Shown: positions 1 to 9,383 of the stretch, one piece after another
Position numbering within the stretch: the first letter of the stretch is position 1
How the letters are laid out: every line of letters begins with the position of its first letter
From: Candidatus Cloacimonadales bacterium
GTDB lineage: Bacteria > Cloacimonadota > Cloacimonadia > Cloacimonadales > JAFGVF01
NCBI GenBank assembly: GCA_963667035.1
Contig: OY762964.1
Location: 1,280,001-1,344,000 of the forward strand
DNA: 64,000 nucleotides
Reading direction: 5' to 3'
Made by a program: the position numbers and the translations under genes
Notes under the pieces: generated by a model
What the model was told of the DNA's origin: nothing
Database searches by the model: none
What the model saw: the letters and a program-made list of their open reading frames with translations, nothing else

Positions 1-1307
1 ACAAGGACTGCACCTTTTGCAACACTTGACATACTTATACTCCACCATACACCATTTAATCCTAATAACTCAGGAGTTGCAAGTAAAATTGCCAATGGAA
101 CTCTTGAACCGGTAAAAACGATGCTCACCAGTGATGGCGGAAGAGTTTTTCCAAGTCCATTGAAAGCACCTGCTGTTGTTATTTCAAGACACATGAACAA
201 TTGAGACAAACCGAGAATTTTCAAGTACACTGTTCCCACCTTTAAAGCTTCTTCTTCTGGAATGAAGATGTTGAAAAGGAATCTGCCTCCAAATACAAAT
301 AGGAACATAGCGAAAATACCTACTGCTGAAGAAATACCAAGAGTTGTGAAATAACCCTTCCAGATACGTTCCCAATTTTTAGCACCATAGTTTTGCCCCA
401 CAAAAGTACTTAATGCTGTAGAGAATCCACCGGCAGTCATCCATGATATCGCTTCAATCTGAGAACCAACCTTTTGAACTGCAATAGGTACCGGACCCCA
501 TTGGGCAACGATTCTAGCAAGGAACATTGCAAAGATTGTGAATAGACCACTTTGTAATGCTACGGGAGAGCCAAAACTAAAGATAGTCTTCCAAAACTTG
601 AACTCAGGAAGATTGAACACTTGAATCTTAGTAACCGGAGCATGCTTACTCATGAATAAAACAACATATATTAAAGTAACAACAAGCTGAGCAATCACTG
701 TAGCAATACCTGCACCTGCGATTCCAAGAACAGGAAAAGGACCTACACCAAAGATTAGAACAGGGTCAAGTATGATGTTAATGATTAAACCAACTCCATT
801 TACATAAAAAGGTGTTTTGCTATCTCCCATACCATTATATATACCGGAAAAAACCGGATTAAGGAATGAGAATATCATACCCGGAATAATAATTTTAATG
901 TATAGAATAGCATCATTGATTACTTGTGTATCTCCAAGTTTAAAGAAACCAATCAACTGCTCCTTGAAGGTCCAAATTACAACCGAGTACAGAACTCCGA
1001 AAATAAGGTTTATCTGAATAGCATTTCGAGCAAAAGACCTCACAGAATCCAGATCCTTACGTCCTATAGATTGAGATACTCCTACTTCCGCTCCGACTTT
1101 TGATATTAGGATTAGTGCAAAACCGAACCAGGTAAGAAATCCTGCTGTACCAACAGATGCTACCGCATTACTGCCTAATCTTCCAAGCCACATCATATCG
1201 GTCATGTTATATGCCATTTGGACAAGAGATGTACCCATTATAGGTAAAGCTAATACAATAAGAGCTCTTAATATAGACCCTTGTGTCAAATCACGTTTTG
1301 GTGCCAT
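1..1307 (-). CDS. MATE family efflux transporter (3' end runs off the window)
   Basis: Not in the ORF track because it is truncated. Manual translation from ATG at 1307 gives MAPKRDLTQGSILRALIVLALPIMGTSLVQMAYNMTDMMWLGRLG, a typical MATE N-terminus. Confidence 0.9.
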   Translation of the reverse strand, partial: MAPKRDLTQGSILRALIVLALPIMGTSLVQMAYNMTDMMWLGRLGSNAVASVGTAGFLTWFGFALILISKVGAEVGVSQSIGRKDLDSVRSFARNAIQINLIFGVLYSVVIWTFKEQLIGFFKLGDTQVINDAILYIKIIIPGMIFSFLNPVFSGIYNGMGDSKTPFYVNGVGLIINIILDPVLIFGVGPFPVLGIAGAGIATVIAQLVVTLIYVVLFMSKHAPVTKIQVFNLPEFKFWKTIFSFGSPVALQSGLFTIFAMFLARIVAQWGPVPIAVQKVGSQIEAISWMTAGGFSTALSTFVGQNYGAKNWERIWKGYFTTLGISSAVGIFAMFLFVFGGRFLFNIFIPEEEALKVGTVYLKILGLSQLFMCLEITTAGAFNGLGKTLPPSLVSIVFTGSRVPLAILLATPELLGLNGVWWSISMSSVAKGAVL

Positions 1308-1535
1308 TTATACCTTCTTTAATTATTAATATTCAATGATGCTACCCAATCCCTTTTGCAATGTAAAAATGTCAATGACAAGCTAGCTAATTTTATGTTA
1401 TTGACAAAGAAATAAGTTATATTTGTCCACATAAGTCAATTATTAACTTAAACCCTACTAATGAATGTAATTTATATTGAACTTTTGATTGACATTGATT
1501 TGCAAAAATGAGAGTCATAGACAAAAGGAAGTAAT

Positions 1536-1700
1536 ATGATAATTTCTCTGTTTATTACATTAATGGGTGTGATCCTCATACTTCTTGGCATTGTTATGAT
1601 GTTTTTTCTTGAGGTGAACAGACCCTTAGGAATAATTCTAATTGCAGTTGGTTTATTGGTTTTAATTAGAGGAACACGACAGAATGGTAGGAAGTCATGA
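1536..1700 (+). CDS. Small 54-aa two-TM membrane protein
   Basis: Manual translation MIISLFITLMGVILILLGIVMMFFLEVNRPLGIILIAVGLLVLIRGTRQNGRKS*; AAAGGAAG SD-like sequence upstream; below the ORF-track cutoff. Confidence 0.6.
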   Translation: MIISLFITLMGVILILLGIVMMFFLEVNRPLGIILIAVGLLVLIRGTRQNGRKS

Positions 1701-1775
1701 TATTTATTGCAAAAAAACTTTGTTCATGTGTCCGATTTAGAATAGATTGTAATCAGTATTAATTAAGGGAGCGTT

Positions 1776-2726
1776 ATGAAACAAATAATCTTGAAACAAG
1801 CGATGATGAACAGAGTTCTCTATTCCCTTGTTCCGATTATAATTATGGCAATCTATCTGTTTGGATGGAAGGTTCTCGCAGTTTTGGCCGTAACAAACGG
1901 AATTGGATTTCTAACGGAATACTTGTTCATTAGAAAGAAGAAAATTGGTAAAGTATCTATGGCTGTTTTTGTCACAGGTACATTACTCGGACTTATTCTG
2001 CCACCTTCGATTCCTCTTTGGATAGCTGCAGTAGCTTCTGCCTTTGGAGTGGCTTTCGGTAAGATGGTTTTCGGTGGATTTGGTCTCAATATCTTCAATC
2101 CTGCAATTGTTGGAAGAGCTTTCGTTTATATCTCTTTTCCCAAACAGTTAGCAACAACATGGAATCATATATACTCAGGTTTTCCCGGAGGATTTGCTCA
2201 CTTTAATCCTGCCCCTGAGCTAACAACTTCGGCTACAATGCTTGCTCAATATAGAAACACCGGAGAGTTTGGTTACTCATTTTGGGATAGCTTTGCCGGA
2301 CTCATCCCCGGTAGCATCGGTGAAACAAGTACACTATTGATACTTATAGCAGGAATATATCTGATAATAACAAAGACAGCAAAGTGGCAAGCTATGGTCT
2401 CAACTCTACTTGGATTCATTATTACTACAGCTATTTTTTATCCTATGAGTCAAATGCATTTCTTCCTTACAGGTGCAGGCATTATGTTTGGTACTGTCTT
2501 CATGTCTACCGATCCTGTATCTCAAGCTAAACATCCTAAAGCTTTATGGATTTACGGAATCATGATTGGTTTTCTGACTGTATTTATTAGACGCTTCTCA
2601 CTCTTTGCTGAAGGTTTCATGTTTGCAATTCTCCTGGCGAACTGTTTTATGCCTTTAATTGACTACTTCTTCCAAGAGGCAGACAAAAAGAAAAAGTTAA
2701 AAGCAAAGGCGGTCCAGAATGGATAA
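1776..2726 (+). CDS. RnfD/NqrB-family membrane subunit
   Basis: FGKMVFGGFGLNIFNPA, GSIGETS and FMSTDPVS motifs; FMN site TTSAT. Confidence 0.9.
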   Translation: MKQIILKQAMMNRVLYSLVPIIIMAIYLFGWKVLAVLAVTNGIGFLTEYLFIRKKKIGKVSMAVFVTGTLLGLILPPSIPLWIAAVASAFGVAFGKMVFGGFGLNIFNPAIVGRAFVYISFPKQLATTWNHIYSGFPGGFAHFNPAPELTTSATMLAQYRNTGEFGYSFWDSFAGLIPGSIGETSTLLILIAGIYLIITKTAKWQAMVSTLLGFIITTAIFYPMSQMHFFLTGAGIMFGTVFMSTDPVSQAKHPKALWIYGIMIGFLTVFIRRFSLFAEGFMFAILLANCFMPLIDYFFQEADKKKKLKAKAVQNG

Positions 2727-3357
2727 AGAAAAGAAAACATTCTCAGAGACCAACTTCTACCCTATCTTTTTTATGGTTGTGTTAACTATCATTTTCATTG
2801 GTTTACTCTCAGTGATTTATCACATGAATCTGGAGAGAATAAACAGTAATCAACTTAGCCAGTATCAATCAACAATTACAGGTTTGTTCAGTAGCTATTT
2901 TGATACAGATAAATCTTCGAGTGAATTATATAAAGAACACTTTAAAGAAATAACTACTGATACCCGAACATATTACGAAGTAAGTAAAGACGGCTCTTTG
3001 ATTGGCTATTGTTATGTCATCAACGGTCAGGGACTTTGGGGTTCAATGAAAGCCTTGATTGCCTTGACTCCTGATTTACATAACATCATCAATCTTGATG
3101 TTTATCAACATCTTGAGACTCCAGGACTTGGTGGTCGTATTGATGAAGAATGGTTCAAACAGCAATTTAACAATAAAGTCATTGTAGTTGATGGTAAACC
3201 TATTAAGTATGTACTGATTCCGGAAGGTTCGGATAATGTTAAAGCTACCGAGATGATGCAAGTTACAGGAGCTTCCAGAACTAGTGAAGGTGTCAGAAAT
3301 ATGCTCTATAATGAAACGTTGTCTATTTTAAAAGAGATGAAAGGAGGTACTGAATAA
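2719..3357 (+). CDS. RnfG/NqrC-family FMN-binding subunit
   Basis: N-terminal TM; GQGLWG, ETPGLGG and VTGASRTS motifs. Confidence 0.9.
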   Translation: MDKEKKTFSETNFYPIFFMVVLTIIFIGLLSVIYHMNLERINSNQLSQYQSTITGLFSSYFDTDKSSSELYKEHFKEITTDTRTYYEVSKDGSLIGYCYVINGQGLWGSMKALIALTPDLHNIINLDVYQHLETPGLGGRIDEEWFKQQFNNKVIVVDGKPIKYVLIPEGSDNVKATEMMQVTGASRTSEGVRNMLYNETLSILKEMKGGTE

Positions 3358-3959
3358 TGACTAAGAAACAAATATTTATGAACAGTGCCTTCACAGATAA
3401 CTCAATCTGGAAGCAGATACTTGGCATCTGCTCCAGTTTAGCGGTAACCAATCTAATGATGAATAGTCTCATAATGGGACTTGGTGTTATCTTTGCTCTG
3501 GTGATGGCGAATTTCACTATCTCATTAGTGAGAAATTATACTCCTAGAAGCGTTAGAATGATGGTCCAAACACTTATCATTGCAGCTTATGTTATTATTG
3601 TCGATATATTCTTGAAAGCTTATTTACCTGAGATAAGTAAGAATTTAGGACCTTATATCGGACTAATCATCACTAACTGTATACTTATGGGAAGAGCAGA
3701 GGCTTTTGCTGCTAAGAATAGTCCTTTGGATTCAATGATGGATGGACTTGGGGCAGGAGTGGGGTATACACTTGTGCTACTTGCTATTGCTACCGTTAGA
3801 GAGTTATTCGGATTTGGTTCTCTATTTGGAATACAGATACTGGGAAACTGGTGGGTAAGCTGGTCTATTATGATTATGGCTCCAAGTGCATTTTTCTTGC
3901 TTGCAATCATGATTTGGATTATAAACAATAACTTTTATCAAAAGAAGAAACAGGGGTAA
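3357..3959 (+). CDS. RnfE/NqrD-family subunit
   Basis: QILGICSSLAVT and GLIITNCILMGRAE motifs. Confidence 0.9.
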   Translation: MTKKQIFMNSAFTDNSIWKQILGICSSLAVTNLMMNSLIMGLGVIFALVMANFTISLVRNYTPRSVRMMVQTLIIAAYVIIVDIFLKAYLPEISKNLGPYIGLIITNCILMGRAEAFAAKNSPLDSMMDGLGAGVGYTLVLLAIATVRELFGFGSLFGIQILGNWWVSWSIMIMAPSAFFLLAIMIWIINNNFYQKKKQG

Positions 3960-3962
3960 GTC

Positions 3963-4550
3963 ATGGAAATAAATCCTTTTGTTCTCTTTTTCGCATCAAT
4001 ATTCACAAGTAATATTCTTTTAAGTAATTTCTTAGGAATGTGTTCATATCTATCAGTTTCTAAAGAGATAGAATCATCTTTCGGATTAGGTATGGCAGTA
4101 TTTTTTGTCTCTACGGTTTCGGTTGCATTGAACTGGCTTGTTTATCACTATATTCTGGTGCCGTTCAATCTTGTATACTTGCAATATATAGTATTCATCA
4201 TTGTAATTGCTGCTTTTGTTCAATTGACCGAGATAATCATAGAACGATTCTCGCCGGTGTTGTATTACTCACTGGGAATATTCCTTCCGTTGATTACAGT
4301 AAATTGTGCAATTCTTGGAGTCTCTTTGTTTATGATTATTAGAAACTATAGTTTTATCCAGTCCGTTCTCTTTGGTGCAGGCTCAGGACTTGGTTGGTTA
4401 TTGGCAATCATGATGCTAGCAGGTATTCGTCAAAGAGTTAAAGAAAAACTTGTTCCGGTTGGTTTACAAGGAGCAGGTTTAAGCTTAATAATCACAGGAA
4501 TTATGGCATTGGCCTTTATCGGGTTTTCCGGTATAGTAAATGTTCAGTAA
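3963..4550 (+). CDS. RnfA/NqrE-family subunit
   Basis: FLGMCSYL and GIFLPLITVNCAILG motifs. Confidence 0.9.
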   Translation: MEINPFVLFFASIFTSNILLSNFLGMCSYLSVSKEIESSFGLGMAVFFVSTVSVALNWLVYHYILVPFNLVYLQYIVFIIVIAAFVQLTEIIIERFSPVLYYSLGIFLPLITVNCAILGVSLFMIIRNYSFIQSVLFGAGSGLGWLLAIMMLAGIRQRVKEKLVPVGLQGAGLSLIITGIMALAFIGFSGIVNVQ

Positions 4551-4562
4551 GGAGAGTTATTA

Positions 4563-5666
4563 ATGATAATATTAATTGTTAAAGAAGTTCTCCTGTTAGT
4601 TGTATTATTCGGGATTCTTACTGCCATGATTGTCGTAGCAAAAATGATTTTCAGTAATTACGGAGATTGCAAAATCACTATAAACAATAAGAGAGAAGTA
4701 GTAGTTAAAGGTGGGGCTTCCCTACTTTCCAGTTTAGCTGAAAATGATGTATTCATACCTTCCGCTTGTGGTGGAAGAGGTTCATGCGGAGCTTGTAAGT
4801 GTAAAGTTACTTCAGGTGGCGGTCCACTTCTTCCTACAGAGAAACCTTTCATGGATAAGAAAGAATTATCAGGCAATATTCGTTTATCATGTCAGGTAAA
4901 GGTTAAAGAAGATATCAATATCAACATTCCTGAAGAGATTTTCAATGTCCGAAAGTTTAAAGCTAAGATAGCAAAGATAGTAGACTATACTCACGATATT
5001 AAAGGTATCACGTTTGAGTTTATAGATCCCCCTGAAATTGATTTCAAATCGGGTCAATATGTTCAATTGATTACTCAAAGATACGGTAAGCAAAAGCAAA
5101 GCGTTTCAAGAGCTTACTCTATCTCATCCAAGCCTTCGGATAGTAAACACCTACAACTTATTATCAGAAGAGTACCTGATGGTATTTGTACAACATGGGT
5201 GCATGATTATTTGAAAGAAGGTGATATAGTTGATATTACTGGTCCCTATGGTGATTTCTTTATCAGAGACACAGAAGCCGATATAATCTATGTTGCAGGA
5301 GGTTCAGGTAAAGCTCCAATCAAGAGTATGCTTGAGGACTTAGCGGAGAAAGGTACGGATAGAAGAATGGCATATTTCTTTGGAGCTCAGAGTAAGAGAG
5401 ATCTTTATTTAACTGAAGAGATGCACTCTTATGAAGAGAAGTTCGCTGATTTCACATATTATCCTGTTCTGTCTAGTCCTACCGAAGAAGACAAATGGGA
5501 TGGTAGAACCGGATTTGTTATGCCATACTTTAAAGAGTTTATTAAAGACCCTAAGAATACGGAAGCATACCTTTGCGGAAGTCCCAGAATGATTGATGCT
5601 GTATGTGCCGAACTCGAAAAAATGGGTGTTCCAAAAGATAAGATTTATTTCGATAGCTTTGTCTAA
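4563..5666 (+). CDS. NqrF-like [2Fe-2S]/FAD/NAD(P)H oxidoreductase subunit
   Basis: N-terminal TM; CGGRGSCGAC...RLSC 2Fe-2S motif; RAYS FAD motif; GPYGDF; AGGSGKAP; YLCG; C-terminal FDSF. Confidence 0.9.
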   Translation: MIILIVKEVLLLVVLFGILTAMIVVAKMIFSNYGDCKITINNKREVVVKGGASLLSSLAENDVFIPSACGGRGSCGACKCKVTSGGGPLLPTEKPFMDKKELSGNIRLSCQVKVKEDININIPEEIFNVRKFKAKIAKIVDYTHDIKGITFEFIDPPEIDFKSGQYVQLITQRYGKQKQSVSRAYSISSKPSDSKHLQLIIRRVPDGICTTWVHDYLKEGDIVDITGPYGDFFIRDTEADIIYVAGGSGKAPIKSMLEDLAEKGTDRRMAYFFGAQSKRDLYLTEEMHSYEEKFADFTYYPVLSSPTEEDKWDGRTGFVMPYFKEFIKDPKNTEAYLCGSPRMIDAVCAELEKMGVPKDKIYFDSFV

Positions 5667-5677
5667 AGAGGATAATT

Positions 5678-6127
5678 ATGAAGCAAACTGAAAAAGAGAT
5701 GCAAATTCAAAATAGAATGCAACCGGGGATCATCTCATCTGAGGGCTTTTTAGGTGATGACAGCCGCCATATTCACGATATTATAGCTGATGATGAAAAG
5801 ACTCTTGAGATGCTTGATGTTACACCTGAAGAGATTGCCGATAAGTTGCAGACTTTGACCGATATTGCTTATCAAAGCCCTTATGGTCCAATTGAGTTTG
5901 AGAAATTTACATTAGAGTATCTCTCCTATCGTGGGAAAGTTATCTGTCCTTTTGTTGATCCGGGTGTATATGTTAAGGCTGTCATCAAGCTTATCGATAA
6001 AGATAAATTGATAGAGTTCAGTTGGACTCCCCTACACATTCATATGATAAGAGAACATCACTTCTTCGAGGGTAAGGGTTCCAAGTTCAGACTTGAGCCT
6101 GAGCTTCTAGTAAAGTGTTTATTCTAA
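5678..6127 (+). CDS. Hypothetical protein, last gene of the Nqr/Rnf-like operon (CPF...HIHMIREHHFF)
   Basis: 149-aa ORF 11 nt after the nqrF-like gene; GAGG SD; followed by a terminator. Confidence 0.75.
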   Translation: MKQTEKEMQIQNRMQPGIISSEGFLGDDSRHIHDIIADDEKTLEMLDVTPEEIADKLQTLTDIAYQSPYGPIEFEKFTLEYLSYRGKVICPFVDPGVYVKAVIKLIDKDKLIEFSWTPLHIHMIREHHFFEGKGSKFRLEPELLVKCLF

Positions 6128-6151
6128 GATAGAGATGTTTGTTAAATTGTA

Positions 6152-6180
6152 AGGGCACGTTTATCGTGCCCTATTGTTTT
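6152..6180 (+). terminator. Intrinsic terminator
   Basis: AGGGCACG-TTTAT-CGTGCCCT followed by a T-rich tail. Confidence 0.65.
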
Positions 6181-6287
6181 ATGACAATCTTTCCAGCTTA
6201 TCCCTTAACAAACTCTTTAGTTGACGCAAATGGGTTTCATTGTGATAAGGTTCTAATTAGATTTAAAACTAAGATTTTGAGGTTGAT

Positions 6288-7262
6288 ATGCGTAATATAT
6301 TGATTATTCTTACCGGTGGAACTATAGGAATGCGTAACGTAGAGAACTCAGGAGTTGTTCCAACTCATGAGCTTGAAGAATTCTTGCATTCATTTCCCCA
6401 ACTAGCAGAAGTTGCTAAAGTTGACGTATACGATTGGATAGATATTCCCAGTCCATGGATGACACCGGAAAAGATGTTTGAACTTGCTAAGTTAGTTGAG
6501 ATAAAATCTGCAGATTACGATGGAATCGTAATTACGCATGGAACAGACACCTTGGAAGAAACCGCATATCTACTTGACCTAGTTGTTACCTCCTCAAAAC
6601 CAATTGTGTTTACTGCAGCAATGCGAAACTTCAATGATTTAGGACTGGACGGACCGAGAAACATCATTGGCGCTGTTAGGGTTGCAAGTACTTATGCAGC
6701 TGCGGACAAGGGTGTGCTTGTTGTTATGAATGATGAAATCCATGCGGCCAGAGAAGTTATTAAGTCGGATACAAGTAAAGTAAATACCTTTATTTCACCT
6801 GGTTATGGGAAACTTGGCATGGTAGATCCTGATAAAATCATATTTGAAAGGTCACTGTCTACAAATGAAAGCTTTTGGACAGACAGCGTTGACACTAATG
6901 TTGATTTGATTAAACTTGCTGCAGGAATGGATGGAAGATTCTTGAAAGCTTCCATTGAAAACAAAGCCAAAGCAGTAGTTATTGAAGCTTTCGGAAGAGG
7001 TAATGTTCCGAAAGAGTTAGTACCGGATATACAAAGGGTTCTAGATGCAGGTATACTTGTTGTCATAGTCTCCAGAGCCGTGACCGGACGCGTTATGTCT
7101 GAGTATGGTTATGAAGGCGGAGGAGCAAAACTAGTAGAGATGGGATGCCTTATGGGTGGAGACTTGAAGGGTCATAAAGCTAGAATAAAACTAATGGTAC
7201 TTTTTGGTAAATACAAGGATTCTGAACTTGTAAGAAAATTCTTTAAAAATAGCGAAAGTTAA
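6288..7262 (+). CDS. ansA: L-asparaginase (type I-like, cytoplasmic)
   Basis: LTGGTI and ITHGTDTLEETAY motifs; no signal peptide. Confidence 0.9.
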   Translation: MRNILIILTGGTIGMRNVENSGVVPTHELEEFLHSFPQLAEVAKVDVYDWIDIPSPWMTPEKMFELAKLVEIKSADYDGIVITHGTDTLEETAYLLDLVVTSSKPIVFTAAMRNFNDLGLDGPRNIIGAVRVASTYAAADKGVLVVMNDEIHAAREVIKSDTSKVNTFISPGYGKLGMVDPDKIIFERSLSTNESFWTDSVDTNVDLIKLAAGMDGRFLKASIENKAKAVVIEAFGRGNVPKELVPDIQRVLDAGILVVIVSRAVTGRVMSEYGYEGGGAKLVEMGCLMGGDLKGHKARIKLMVLFGKYKDSELVRKFFKNSES

Positions 7263-7285
7263 TCCTACTTTTTGATAGATTTATT

Positions 7286-7314
7286 AAGGTATGGAGCATA
7301 GCCCATACCTTTTT
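7286..7314 (+). terminator. Intrinsic terminator after the asparaginase gene
   Basis: AAGGTATGG...CCATACCTT followed by TTT. Confidence 0.7.
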
Positions 7315-7445
7315 ATATAAATTTTATATAACTAATATTCATTAATGATATATGCATACCAGCCTTTGTTTCTATGCATCTAATCTGATTTATCAAAACC
7401 ATTATAGAAACACTATTTAAACAATTCATGAATAATTACTATTTA

Positions 7446-7461
7446 TGGAACACTTTATGCT
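7446..7461 (+). promoter_or_regulatory. Candidate sigma-54 (-24/-12) promoter
   Basis: TGGAAC-ACTTT-ATGCT, with GG(7447-48) and GC(7459-60) separated by exactly 10 nt. Confidence 0.45.
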
Positions 7462-7471
7462 TATTAAATTT

Positions 7472-7536
7472 GTATCCATCCAATGACGTATAAAAAGAAA
7501 GGCCTCATGCATCCAGGTGTGGGGCTTTTTCTTTTT
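7472..7536 (+). ncRNA. Candidate ~65-nt small RNA
   Basis: Lies between the sigma-54-like promoter and a G-U-containing terminator hairpin that folds on the + strand (7492-7536); no ORF. Confidence 0.35.
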
Positions 7537-7622
7537 CTCACGTTTTCTTATATTTTTCATTGCTCTATCATAATAAGAATTCAAGTACCATCTTTATCTT
7601 GTCACATCCTCATCAGTCTCCT

Positions 7623-7696
7623 ATTCCCCATAACGAGAATCTAACGGGAAGTTAACGAGGAACCCTCAAGAGACTCATGGGAATTATGATAGGGAA
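7623..7696. repeat. 11-bp phased intergenic repeat (TAACG at 7631, 7642, 7653)
   Basis: TAACGAGAATC TAACGGGAAGT TAACGAGGAAC. Confidence 0.5.
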
Positions 7697-7793
7697 ATGA
7701 AATACAAAAGGCACTCATTACGAGTGCCTCAGATTGTTGACAAAAACATTCTAATTTACATGGATATATTGTTGAAAGTCATTTTTCTTCATT

Positions 7794-9266
7794 TTAACTG
7801 AGTCCAAACCTAAACATGCGAGATTTAGCTCTATTTTCGTGTAAATTGGAGTTGAAAATCATGTAATTGATGATAAATTTTGCTATTAATTTCCCTAATT
7901 TACCTTTGAAAAGGTATTTTACGAGTTTCTTGATATTTTGCACGATAGCTGTTAGATAAGCTTGTTCTCGAACTCGCTCTATTCCTCGATATTTTGCATA
8001 TCGGTAGCCATGAAGTTGCTTTGCATTGGCAAAGCTTCTCTCAATGGTTTCTTTTCTCCTCTTGTATATCTCTTTCCCACATAATGTTAACCTATTCTTG
8101 TGGATTATCTCTTTGCTCTCTTCCCAGACATGACGAGTGATTACTTTTTGAGAAGACTTACTTTCTGTACATTTACTTAGCATTGGACAATTCTTGCATT
8201 CACTAGGATTCGACTTGTATTCTTTATAGCCATCACGGCTCGTTGTTCTATAATTTAACTCTTTATTACATGGACAAATGTAAACATCCTTCCGGGAATT
8301 ATATGTAAATTTGTTCTTTTTAAATAGACCTTTCTTACCTCCCTGTCTTTTGTAGCCAAGGACTCCCATAATATTCATATCTACCAGTTGCTTACAAATG
8401 TTAATTGTATCATATCCTGAATCAAGCCCTACTGCCTGAACATTAAAACCATAAACCTTTTGTTGGAACTGTAACCTGTCAATATAGCAGGTGCTATCAT
8501 TTACATTGCCGGGAGTAATGTGAACATCGGTTATATAGTTCGTTTTATGGTCGACTGTCCTATGATCTAAGTAGAAGAAGCCTTGAGGCTTTCTATCACG
8601 GGTCATAAAACCACTATCGGGATCTGTTGTGCTAGACTTGATATTTTTTACTTTAGGTGATGCTCCTCCTTTAAGATTGTTATCCTTAGGAGGTAAAGGT
8701 TTCTTACCATGAGCCTTCCGATCTTCATCAACGCTTGTGTTAAGATCTTCCAAGTAACTCTTGGAGGATACCTCAACTTCAATATCCTCGAATTTACCTT
8801 TATTAGCATTTGCCTTTAGATGGGTTGAGTCGCTATAAAGTATCTTCCCATCAACTAATCCATGTTTAATGCCTAACTTCACTATATCTATAAAAATCTC
8901 TTCGAATACGCTGCTATCATTAAATCGCCTTCTACGATTTTGACTGAAGACTGAGTGATGAGGTACTTTATCAGTTAGTCCAAAGCCTAAGAACCAACGA
9001 TAAGCCACATTGACCTCAATCTCTTTGACCAATTGTCTTTCCGAGCGAATACCGAATAGATAGCCAATAAAAAGCATTTTGAAAAGAGTAATAGGATGAA
9101 TTGGAGGACGACCGGTAGTAGAACAATACAAATGCACTGTTCTATCTAAAATGAATGAAAAATCTATTACGCTATCGATTTTCCTTAGTATGTGATCTAC
9201 CGGTACTAAATCATCTATTATTACAAACTCCATTTGGGACTGTGTGTCAGAAACTTTTTTAAGCAT
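7794..9266 (-). CDS. IS1182-family DDE transposase
   Basis: DDLVPVDHILRKI, GRPPIHP, GIRSERQL, DSTHLKANA, TTDPDS, LDSGYD, CKNCPMLSKC and RRKETIERSFA motifs. ATG at 9266 follows GAGGTGG; the ORF track starts at 9272. Confidence 0.93.
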   Translation of the reverse strand: MLKKVSDTQSQMEFVIIDDLVPVDHILRKIDSVIDFSFILDRTVHLYCSTTGRPPIHPITLFKMLFIGYLFGIRSERQLVKEIEVNVAYRWFLGFGLTDKVPHHSVFSQNRRRRFNDSSVFEEIFIDIVKLGIKHGLVDGKILYSDSTHLKANANKGKFEDIEVEVSSKSYLEDLNTSVDEDRKAHGKKPLPPKDNNLKGGASPKVKNIKSSTTDPDSGFMTRDRKPQGFFYLDHRTVDHKTNYITDVHITPGNVNDSTCYIDRLQFQQKVYGFNVQAVGLDSGYDTINICKQLVDMNIMGVLGYKRQGGKKGLFKKNKFTYNSRKDVYICPCNKELNYRTTSRDGYKEYKSNPSECKNCPMLSKCTESKSSQKVITRHVWEESKEIIHKNRLTLCGKEIYKRRKETIERSFANAKQLHGYRYAKYRGIERVREQAYLTAIVQNIKKLVKYLFKGKLGKLIAKFIINYMIFNSNLHENRAKSRMFRFGLS

Positions 9267-9342
9267 AACCACCTCTAATTATGATGGTTTAAGTATAATA
9301 TTTGGAGAAATCTGTCAATGATTGATGTTCTTATTTTAAGCT

Positions 9343-9383
9343 AAAAAAAGACAAAGCTATGAAATCTTACTCATAGCTTTGTC
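9343..9383 (-). terminator. IS-internal terminator hairpin facing kbl
   Basis: GACAAAGCTATGA/TCATAGCTTTGTC 13-bp stem, followed by a T run on the - strand. Confidence 0.7.

Noticed and set aside
184..1017. ORFs 184..375 and 817..1017
   Set aside because: Both are shadows of the MATE gene on the - strand.
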